Positions 1-7,641 of a stretch of 64,000 nt of DNA are shown here, piece by piece. The position numbers and the translations under genes are program-made. Source of the DNA: an uncultured cyanobacterium (GTDB lineage Bacteria; Cyanobacteriota; Cyanobacteriia; Cyanobacteriales; CAWUOF01); contig CAVUSO010000001.1 of assembly GCA_963744145.1 (NCBI GenBank), positions 1,344,001-1,408,000 on the forward strand, read 5' to 3'. A model generated the notes under the pieces. The model did no database searches, was not told where the DNA came from, and was given only the letters and a program-made list of their open reading frames with translations. Every line of letters begins with the position of its first letter. Within the stretch, counting starts at the first letter, position 1.

Positions 1-348
1 GTTATGGGTGACAAGAGTTAAGTTGTTTGTCAATGCGATCGCTGCAATAAGTACATCAGGTACGCCAATAGGATTCCCTATTCTTTCTAGTTGGGCATAA
101 ATCCTACCCGCTGCTAACACTGCTAAATTATCAAATAGTAGTGATTCAAAATTAGATAAAAAATTTCGCTGTTGTTCAAGATTAATTCGATATCTACTAC
201 TCTTGAATGCGCCATAAAATAACTCGAATTCAACCATCGAGCAAACAGCAATATCAGCTATTTCCGTGGATTCTAGCCTTCTTCTTAGTGAAAGATTTCT
301 ACCTTTTATATAGGTAATGCAAACATTAGTATCTAGCAGGAATATCAC
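1..348 (-). CDS. vapC: PIN-domain ribonuclease toxin (VapC family), 3' end runs off the window
   Basis: Not in the ORF track. Manual translation from GTG at 348: MIFLLDTNVCITYIKG...VEFELFYGA...IGVPDVLIAAIALTNNLTLVTHN, matching the PIN motifs (LLDTN, E, D-x-LIAA, LVTHN). Confidence 0.9.
   Translation of the reverse strand, partial: MIFLLDTNVCITYIKGRNLSLRRRLESTEIADIAVCSMVEFELFYGAFKSSRYRINLEQQRNFLSNFESLLFDNLAVLAAGRIYAQLERIGNPIGVPDVLIAAIALTNNLTLVTHN
35..42. repeat. HIP1 octamer GCGATCGC (first of many copies dispersed across the window)
   Basis: GCGATCGC recurs very often in coding and non-coding DNA; this is a cyanobacterial genome hallmark. Confidence 0.95.
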
Positions 349-371
349 GATTTTATTAGCTATATTTATGG

Positions 372-602
372 TCAGAACAGATCCCGGCGAAAAAACGTAT
401 CATCATCGATACAGCCATAGAATTTAGGATCAAGAAACTTTTTCTTTTTTTGATTGGATTCTAGACGGCGCTCTCCAATCGTTCTAGCATCTGAGTAGTT
501 TTTTTGATGAGTAGGCAAGCTTTGAGACAGGATTTGAATAATATATTGTTTTTCTTCAACTGAAAGCTGCATGAGATAAGCATTTAGCTCTTTAGTTAGC
601 AT
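372..602 (-). CDS. putative antitoxin (VapB-like partner)
   Basis: 76 aa, directly upstream of and co-oriented with vapC; acidic C-terminus (GCIDDDTFFR). Confidence 0.6.
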   Translation of the reverse strand: MLTKELNAYLMQLSVEEKQYIIQILSQSLPTHQKNYSDARTIGERRLESNQKKKKFLDPKFYGCIDDDTFFRRDLF

Positions 603-653
603 AAGAAGACCTCATTATTACTGTTACTAACAATCTAACAGCGATCGCCAAAA

Positions 654-776
654 TTATTGAAATGTCGTTCATTCTCCCGTCAGAAAATATACAACAATAA
701 TCCAGATCCGGCTAATTGGAGACACCAAGACCGAACTGGAGCAAGTGATTACCTACGGTACAAGCTAGTGAACGCA
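654..776 (+). repeat. composite intergenic repeat: block A (about 654-739, also at 5820-5906 and partly at 4475-4518) plus block B (753-776, also at 3155-3178)
   Basis: TTATTGAAAATGTCGTTCATTCTC...AATCCAGATCCGGCTAATTGGAGACACCAAGACC is shared with 5820-5906; CTACGGTACA(A/C)GCTAGTGAACGCA is shared with 3155-3178. Confidence 0.85.
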
Positions 777-1121
777 GTCCATACCCAACATCCAGATCAC
801 CACTTTTCAAGACATCAAGCAATCCCAAATATTCAGAGGAAAACTGGATCGCATCTGGGACAATCACCCTGTAGGACTGCGATCGCCTGTCAACAAAGAT
901 AGCCTCACGAAAATTGACTATCAATTTTCTGACCGTCAGGGCGCACTATCCCATTTTCCCCCCAAGTAATACAGGAGTTGATCCTAAAATTGAAAGCTTA
1001 ATTTTCTTCATACAGTTTTTATTTAGCCAATATTACCTAATTATTTATCAAAGTCTGATTCCCGCTTTGCCGTGTGATGATGTCCAGATTTGCTGCAAGT
1101 TAGCTGGGGAAATTTTTATTC

Positions 1122-1742
1122 TCAACTAAATATATGTATGGCCTTCATCAACCTGGAATAGGACTCGTATAGTGATTGAGACGGAATTGGGACTTCATTC
1201 CATAAACCATCTTGAAGATGAGGCTCGCCTCCTGGAAGAGCTAGTTCAAGAATATCTTCTCTGTCCATTTGCGTCCAATCACCAGGACTGATGGTTGAAG
1301 CATAGACTCGATACAATAATTCACGTTTTTCATCAATGCTTAAAAGAGGTTCGCTAAACGCATCTCTGAAAAAATCATCAAGGGAAAGTGCGGTAAAAGA
1401 CAGTTGAAGGGCTAATGCAGCTTTACGTCCTCTAGATACAGCGTAAGCAATTACACGATTAAAATCACGCAGACTGATGGTTTGACATACCCGATTTCCT
1501 TTTAAAGTTTCACATACTACTTTTTCAATTTTTCCTGTAAAACCTAAGCTGCGTAAAACTTTAATTGACGTACCGGTTTCTCTATCTAAGAGTCGATACA
1601 ACCAATTTTCGGCATATCCTAAAACTTTACTAGCCCCAATTAGGCTCACCCTAAAATTACCATTGGGCATTCGATAACCATCAACCTCTAAGCCTTCAAA
1701 AAACGTTACTGTTCGATACTCAGCTTGGATTGGAAAAGACAT
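1122..1742 (-). CDS. hypothetical DNA-binding protein with phage antirepressor/P63C-like N-terminus
   Basis: 206 aa; the N-terminal pattern LEVDGYRMPNGNFRVSLIGASKVLG resembles P63C-associated proteins (recognised by eye only). Confidence 0.55.
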   Translation of the reverse strand: MSFPIQAEYRTVTFFEGLEVDGYRMPNGNFRVSLIGASKVLGYAENWLYRLLDRETGTSIKVLRSLGFTGKIEKVVCETLKGNRVCQTISLRDFNRVIAYAVSRGRKAALALQLSFTALSLDDFFRDAFSEPLLSIDEKRELLYRVYASTISPGDWTQMDREDILELALPGGEPHLQDGLWNEVPIPSQSLYESYSRLMKAIHIFS

Positions 1743-1826
1743 AGATAATACCTTTATTCAATTCCTGTACATAATATATTATACATAATATATACATAAT
1801 ATATTTTAACTGCAAGGAAGTTGATA

Positions 1827-1942
1827 AGTACCTGGACAAAAATAAACAGTGTTATATGAGGGTTGCGGAACTACCTCAAAACCTTGCGATTGCTTCGCTT
1901 CGCTCGCAATGACATACTTACGTTTATTTATGTCCGACTACT
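1827..1942. mobile_element. MITE with IS630-like terminal inverted repeats, inserted at TA
   Basis: TIRs AGTACCTGGACAAAAATAAAC / GTTTATTTATGTCCGACTACT; TA at 1825-1826 and 1943-1944; the paralogous site near 2803-2816 is empty (TTGA-TA-GCTTATCT). Confidence 0.85.
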
Positions 1943-2185
1943 TAGCCTATCTGGGGTTGTGCCAACATAACCGTAAAATGTGTCGAATTAGCCCCGCATA
2001 AAGCAAAATAAATAGCCCCTAGGGATAACCGACTAGGGGCATAGAGAAATTCTGAGGTGATTATAACGGTTGAGGGGTCAAATGGGCATTCATTCCGAAA
2101 GCTACGCTAATGCTGTAACTCTTGCTGGATAAGCATTCTATCAATCTATTTTTTGGCAATTCTTAATGTACCAATCAACCTATAT

Positions 2186-2737
2186 CTATTTGGGCACCCA
2201 AATAAGCAGACCCTTCTCTCCAGGAAATGCCGCTTCTTCTTTATTACGCCACTCAAAGTAGATTTCAATTTTTACTTTCAGTTCCTCCACTAGATGGAGT
2301 ATATTGCGCCATGCCAAATTTGCATCTACACCTTGCACTGAAATATGTGCCTCCCGTATGTATTTAAATCCACAATCACTCTTCTCACCTTTTACAACAT
2401 GGGATAGAGTCCGCTCGATCAGTTCGTCTACAAGCATTCCTTGACGCACAGCAAGCTTATGCACTACATGAACAATTTTGTTCCAGTTCGGTTGACGGAT
2501 TTCTTGATTGTCAATCGTAGCTTGAATGATCTTCGTATGTTGGAGATCAGTCGGTGTATCAAGGTTTATCACCTTGTAGTTAACTGTTTTAGATATCTGT
2601 TGGATTTGGCTACGTGCCTCATATTCATCCAATAGCCGCTCGATAACAGTTATGGGCGTGTCCTCAAAAGGGATAGCAATGGCTTGAAGTCTTTCATATA
2701 AAGGATCAGGGATGCTAATGACTGGCATAGTTACCAT
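2186..2737 (-). CDS. hypothetical protein with SeqA-like/ribbon-helix-helix N-terminus
   Basis: 183 aa; MPVISIPDPLYERLQAIAIPFEDTPITVIERLLD fits an RHH/SeqA-N pattern. Confidence 0.55.
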   Translation of the reverse strand: MVTMPVISIPDPLYERLQAIAIPFEDTPITVIERLLDEYEARSQIQQISKTVNYKVINLDTPTDLQHTKIIQATIDNQEIRQPNWNKIVHVVHKLAVRQGMLVDELIERTLSHVVKGEKSDCGFKYIREAHISVQGVDANLAWRNILHLVEELKVKIEIYFEWRNKEEAAFPGEKGLLIWVPK

Positions 2738-2912
2738 GTATTGGTCTTGTACAGAATATATTATAACAAATATATACAGAATATATTATAATTGCAAGGA
2801 ATTTGATAGCTTATCTGGGGTTATGCCAACATAATTGTAAAATGTGTCGATTATCCGCATTAAAGTATCGATATAGTGTTACTTCTTAGCGCAATCACGG
2901 CAAAACCAGCCT

Positions 2913-3142
2913 TCACATTATTTTCTTAAGCCATCAAGGTCTTGGTTTAACAAGCGCTCAAATGGCTTGTAAGAGTTCGACTCGCTCCGGTGTGACTTAG
3001 GCTATGTGGAGAAACAAAAGTTTCTCCATGTAGGGGACACCTTGATGGGGCTAACGCCCCTAAATAAAGTCAAGTCCAATATTTTGAGCGAGTCGGTGAG
3101 GATATTAAAGTTTCTCTATGTAGGTATCACCGGAGCAAGCCA
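2913..3142. ncRNA. candidate structured RNA or cis-regulatory element
   Basis: ORF-free segment with several hairpins (2926-2950, 2950-2970, 3002-3033, 3047-3060) and long-range complementarity (2978-2987 with 3086-3095; 2984-2992 with 3128-3136). Confidence 0.35.
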
Positions 3143-3216
3143 GTAAAGCGATTACTACGGTACACGCTAGTGAACGCAACTAGAATGAGAATTAGCGGAG
3201 CTACTCAGTAAATGGG

Positions 3217-3804
3217 ATGGTGAGAAAGATGACCGCAGTAGCAACAAAACCAACAAGAAAGCAATTCACGGTAGAGGAATATTACAAACTGGGTGAATTG
3301 GGGATGCTTGGGGATGGGAGGACAGAATTAATTGATGGGGATATTATTTTTATGGCACCGATGGGTAGTCGTCATGCAAATTGTGTCGATGGCTTGGCAG
3401 AAATTTTCTATGACGCTTTGGGTAAACGTGCCAGAATCAGATCGCAAGCCCCGATTAGGCTAAATGGAAAATTAGAACCGGAACCCGATCTATCAATTCT
3501 GAAACGCCGCAAAGGTTTTTATGAAGAATCACATCCACAGCCTCAAGACATATATTTACTAATCGAAGTATCAGTTACTACGATTAACGATGATCGTAAT
3601 GTCAAGTCAGTCCTCTATGCCAAAGCTGGGATTATTGAACTTTGGATTGTAGACATAGAAGGACAATTAGTTGAGGTGTATCGCCATCCCGGTGCTAATG
3701 GTTATGAAAGTATCCAACAATTTAGACCCGGTAACTCAATCTCCCCTCTTTCATTTCCAGACATAGCGATCGCCGTTGACGATATTCTATGGACTAATCC
3801 CTAA
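3217..3804 (+). CDS. Uma2 family (DUF820) PD-(D/E)XK endonuclease-fold protein, copy 1
   Basis: FTVEEYY, RTELIDG, EPEPDL, LLIEVS, YAKAGI.ELWIVD motifs. Confidence 0.9.
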   Translation: MVRKMTAVATKPTRKQFTVEEYYKLGELGMLGDGRTELIDGDIIFMAPMGSRHANCVDGLAEIFYDALGKRARIRSQAPIRLNGKLEPEPDLSILKRRKGFYEESHPQPQDIYLLIEVSVTTINDDRNVKSVLYAKAGIIELWIVDIEGQLVEVYRHPGANGYESIQQFRPGNSISPLSFPDIAIAVDDILWTNP

Positions 3805-3833
3805 CAAAAACCTTAAACGAACCGTATTGCATT

Positions 3834-3960
3834 CCCCTGGTAGTAAGAAGCAACCAGGGATTTTTTTTACCAAGACCAACGAATTTAAGGCATAATCAAT
3901 AAGAAAACCATCTGATTTTTTAAATTTTATTAAAAATCTGAGCAAAATTAAGAAAATTGG
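3834..3960 (+). repeat. direct repeat D (copy of the deoC upstream region 5920-6046) beginning with a rho-independent terminator
   Basis: About 127 bp nearly identical to 5920-6046; starts with hairpin CCCTGGT...ACCAGGG followed by a T-run. Confidence 0.9.
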
Positions 3961-4056
3961 CTAGCGGTCAATTAGATTTCAAATAGGTTCTATACTACGT
4001 GAACGCAAAACTAACAGACAGCTATAATAAAATTGAGCCAAATCAACTAAAGCAAC

Positions 4057-4389
4057 ATGGAAACCAATTCACTGCAAGAACAAATAACAGCGTTAAGAGA
4101 ACGAGTTAGCCAGGATGAGACAGAATTTGGGAAAAGAACGAATATTTTACTAGATGAAATGCTCGTAACTCAGCAAAATCTAGATCGATTAACTGAAAGG
4201 GTAGATGCACTAGCAGATGGTCAACGGCAAATGCTAGCTACTATTACCAACTTGTCTGGATTTATGCTGGAATTAGCACAACGCGATCGCGAATTAGCAG
4301 AACGTGGTGCAGAAGATCGAGCCGAGATTAGACGCATCTGGGAATATTTACAACTGCAACAGAGAAACCAAGGCAACGGACAAGGGTAA
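4057..4389 (+). CDS. small coiled-coil hypothetical protein, copy 1
   Basis: 110 aa with heptad pattern; close paralog at 5379-5732. Confidence 0.8.
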   Translation: METNSLQEQITALRERVSQDETEFGKRTNILLDEMLVTQQNLDRLTERVDALADGQRQMLATITNLSGFMLELAQRDRELAERGAEDRAEIRRIWEYLQLQQRNQGNGQG

Positions 4390-4395
4390 CAAAAT

Positions 4396-4520
4396 TAATC
4401 AACCGGATTCAATTGCTGTAAATGATTACAGCTAATACTTTCAAGCTTTATATCCGATTGATTAGTTATCGTAATTATTGAAAATATCGTCCATTCTCTA
4501 GCTAGAGAATAGACAGCCAT
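4396..4520 (+). repeat. intergenic repeat H (inverted arms around a variable core), copy 1; other copies near 5226-5350 and 5740-5862
   Basis: AATCAACCGGATT(C/G)AAT - 25-26 variable nt - TTT(C/T)AAGCTTTATATC(C/A)G(A/T)TTGATT, then a TCTAG(TC/CT)AGAGAAT(T/A)GACA block. Confidence 0.85.
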
Positions 4521-4616
4521 TGGATCGTAGGATGATGGGACTACGATCAAAAACAACCCTGTAGATGACATGAACGCAGCTAGAATGAGAATTAGCGGAG
4601 CTACTCAGTAAATAGG

Positions 4617-5210
4617 ATGGTGAGAAAGATGATTACGGTAGCAACAGAACCAACAAGAAAGCAATTCACGGTAGAGGAATATTACCAGCTGGGTGAATTG
4701 GGGATGCTTGGGGATGGGAGGACAGAATTAATCGATGGGGATATTATTTTTATGGCAGCGATCGGTAGTCGTCATATCAGGGGTCTAATTCGATTGAATA
4801 GAATTTTCACAAGACTGTTAAATGATCGTGCTTCAGTCGTACCACAAATCCCAGTCAGATTAAACGGAAAATTACAACCGGAACTGGATCTAGCGGTTTT
4901 GAAACTGCGTGATGATGATTACGGGGATCTGCTCCCACAACCCCAAGACGTATATTTATTAATTGAAGGGGCGTATTGCAATACGCCCGTACACACCACT
5001 ATTGACCACGACCGTAATGTGAAGTCAGTTCGCTATAGTAAAGCAGGAATTATTGAACTTTGGATCGTAGACATAGAAGCCGAATTAATTGAGGTTTATC
5101 GCCATCCGAGTCCTAATGGTTATGAGAGTATCCAACAATTTAGACGCGGTGAAACTATTTCACCCTTAGCCTTTAGCGATGTGGTGATCAGAGTTGACGA
5201 TATTTTGTAA
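4617..5210 (+). CDS. Uma2 family protein, copy 2, with an in-frame palindrome insertion at the active site
   Basis: Paralog of 3217-3804; LLIEVS is replaced by LLIEGAYCNTPVH. Confidence 0.85.
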   Translation: MVRKMITVATEPTRKQFTVEEYYQLGELGMLGDGRTELIDGDIIFMAAIGSRHIRGLIRLNRIFTRLLNDRASVVPQIPVRLNGKLQPELDLAVLKLRDDDYGDLLPQPQDVYLLIEGAYCNTPVHTTIDHDRNVKSVRYSKAGIIELWIVDIEAELIEVYRHPSPNGYESIQQFRRGETISPLAFSDVVIRVDDIL

Positions 5211-5378
5211 ATCATTTACCAAAAATAATCAACCGGATTGAATAGCTAGAAATTTTATACTAAAATACTTTTAAGCTTTATATCAGTTTGATTGGTATTC
5301 GTAAACTATTCAACGACTGAATATTATCTAGTCAGAGAATTGACAGCCATGGGATCAAGCCAAATTAACTAAAGTAAC

Positions 5379-5732
5379 ATGGAAACTAATTCAATACAAG
5401 AACAAATATCTAATTTAAGGGAACGAGTCAGTCAGGTCGAAACAGAATTTGGGAAAAGATCGAATATTTTACTAGATGAAATGCTCGTAACTCAGCAAAA
5501 TCTAGATCGATTAACTGAAAGGGTAGATTTACTAGCAGATGGTCAACGGCAAATGCTAGCTACTATTACAGACTTGTCCGGATTAATGATGCAATTAGCC
5601 CAACACAATATCGAATTAGCACAACGCGATCGCGAATTAGCAGAACGTGGTGCAGAAGATCGAGCCGAGATTAGACGCATCTGGGAATATTTACAACTGC
5701 AACAGAGAAACCAAGGTAACGGACAAGGTTAA
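5379..5732 (+). CDS. small coiled-coil hypothetical protein, copy 2
   Basis: 117 aa; paralog of 4057-4389 with one extra heptad. Confidence 0.8.
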   Translation: METNSIQEQISNLRERVSQVETEFGKRSNILLDEMLVTQQNLDRLTERVDLLADGQRQMLATITDLSGLMMQLAQHNIELAQRDRELAERGAEDRAEIRRIWEYLQLQQRNQGNGQG

Positions 5733-6063
5733 CAAAAACTAATCAACCGGATTCAATCGCGCTTACCGTTAAACTAACAATTGTTTCAAGCTTTATATCC
5801 GTTTGATTGGTACTCGTAATTATTGAAAATGTCGTTCATTCTCTAGTCAGAGAATTGACAACAACAATCCAGATCCGGCTAATTGGAGACACCAAGACCA
5901 AACTGGGCAACAGAAAAAGCCCCTGGTAGTAACAAGCAACCAGGGATTTTTTTTGCCAAGACCAACGAATTTAAGGCATAATCAATAAGAAAACCATCTG
6001 ATTTTTTAAGTTTTATTAAAAATCTGAGCAAAATTCAGAAAATTGGTGGCACGGAAAAAAGCT

Positions 6064-6759
6064 ATGGCTGCAATCCAGCATACAGAGATCGACATTGCCC
6101 AATATATAGACCACGCTCTCCTCAATCCTGGCGCTACTTTGGCGCAAGTAGAGCAGTGGTGTGAAGAAGCAGACCGATTCCATTTTGCCACAGTCTGTGT
6201 TTATCCTGCTTATGTACGTCAAGCAGTCCACTTTCTCCAGGGAAAAGCGCCAAAAGTCTGCACAGTAATTGGGTTTCCCACGGGAGCAACTACTGCTGCT
6301 ACTAAGCTTTACGAAGCCCAAGAAGCAGTAGAAAATGGTGCAACTGAACTTGATGTAGTCATTAACCAGGGTTTGTTAAAAACGGGAAAACCGAATGAAG
6401 TACATCGGGAAATCGCGGAAATTTGTGAGGAAACTGGTCAAGTAGTCAAAGCGATTATTGAAATATCTCAACTCACAGAAGCAGAAAAACGATTAGCTGC
6501 TGAGATTTGTATGGAAGCAGGAGTGGCTTTTTTGAAAACTAGCACGGGCTGGTATGGTGGTGCCACAGTAGCAGATGTACGATTGCTGAAGAAAATTACC
6601 AAAGGACAAGTCGGAATTAAAGCTGCGGGAGGAATTAGGACAATCGACCAAGCAGTAGATTTAATTATGGCTGGTGCTACTCGTTTGGGAACTTCTCGGG
6701 GAGTAGAGTTAATTCGTCAACGCGATCGCCCAAACCCCCAAAATTATGAGGATGAGTAA
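6064..6759 (+). CDS. deoC: deoxyribose-phosphate aldolase
   Basis: [41 protein letters not shown] motifs; ATG at 6064 preferred over the upstream GTG. Confidence 0.95.
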   Translation: MAAIQHTEIDIAQYIDHALLNPGATLAQVEQWCEEADRFHFATVCVYPAYVRQAVHFLQGKAPKVCTVIGFPTGATTAATKLYEAQEAVENGATELDVVINQGLLKTGKPNEVHREIAEICEETGQVVKAIIEISQLTEAEKRLAAEICMEAGVAFLKTSTGWYGGATVADVRLLKKITKGQVGIKAAGGIRTIDQAVDLIMAGATRLGTSRGVELIRQRDRPNPQNYEDE

Positions 6760-6770
6760 GCATAAGCAAG

Positions 6771-7592
6771 ATGAGCCGAACCTATAAAGCCACAGGAATT
6801 AACCTGAAAGGAATACCCCTAGGTGAAGCCGATCGCCTACTGACAATTTTAACCCGGGAATTTGGCGTGATTCGGGCAGTAGCACCGTCAGCCCGGAAAT
6901 ATAATTCACAATTAGGTGGGAGAAGTGGATTGTTTGTCGTGAATCAGCTCCTGATCTCCAAAGGGCGATCGCTAGATAAAATTACCCAAGCAGAAACCTT
7001 AATATCCTATCCCGGATTAGGTAAAGACTTGAGGAAATTAGCCGCAGGGCAGTATTTAGCGGAACTGGTTCTATGTCATGCTTTAAGTGATCAACCACAA
7101 GAAGAACTATATGGATTACTAAACGAACATTTAAGCCGTTTGGAACAAGCTCCCCCTGATCAAGCGATCGCCTATCTCACTCATGCGATCTTTCATTTAT
7201 TAGCATTAGCTGGGATCGCCCCCCAATTCCAATTTTGCTGTGTGACCAAAGCCGCGATCGCTCCAAATTTCCATGATCCAGATTGGCGGATTGGATTTAG
7301 TATCAGTGGAGGTGGGATTGTCAATCTCCAACGGTCTACTCTCTCCCATCCGGAAAATTGCCAGCCCCAAGAACTACCTCCCCTAAATGCCAAACTGAAT
7401 GCTCCAGAATTAGCCATCTGTCAACAGTTAGGACAAACTCCTTTACCCCAATTCTTGGACAGCTCGGTCAACCAAGGAGAATTTGCTGCCGCATGGTTGT
7501 CAGGAGAGCGGATTTTACGTCAATATGCCCAATATCATTTTGGACGTTCAATTCGTTCTGCAACCCTGATCGATACCTATTTTTCTAGGTGA
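6771..7592 (+). CDS. recO: DNA repair protein RecO
   Basis: [17 protein letters not shown]-fold start; follows deoC as is usual in cyanobacteria. Confidence 0.93.
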   Translation: MSRTYKATGINLKGIPLGEADRLLTILTREFGVIRAVAPSARKYNSQLGGRSGLFVVNQLLISKGRSLDKITQAETLISYPGLGKDLRKLAAGQYLAELVLCHALSDQPQEELYGLLNEHLSRLEQAPPDQAIAYLTHAIFHLLALAGIAPQFQFCCVTKAAIAPNFHDPDWRIGFSISGGGIVNLQRSTLSHPENCQPQELPPLNAKLNAPELAICQQLGQTPLPQFLDSSVNQGEFAAAWLSGERILRQYAQYHFGRSIRSATLIDTYFSR

Positions 7593-7641
7593 TCAACTCT
7601 AATTTAATGATTTCCCCTGATCCTCAATTAATCTTTAATCC

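Noticed and set aside
657..1129. Short ORFs 657-902, 712-924 and 914-1129
   Set aside because: They overlap repeat blocks and each other, with no clear RBS or family signal; 712-924 could be a gene remnant but I cannot support that.
2913..2996. tRNA gene (cloverleaf-like layout with GTTCGA)
   Set aside because: No D-loop GG, no canonical 7-nt anticodon loop, T-stem only 3 bp; kept only as part of a candidate structured RNA.
3800..5810. Integron attC sites (stop codons in TAAC followed by inverted repeats)
   Set aside because: RYYYAAC/GTTRRRY boxes are not satisfied and no integron integrase is present in the window.
4438..5828. CRISPR array (TTTCAA...ATTGAAA-bounded units)
   Set aside because: Units are about 46 nt, degenerate and separated by whole genes rather than 30-45 nt spacers; no cas genes in the window.
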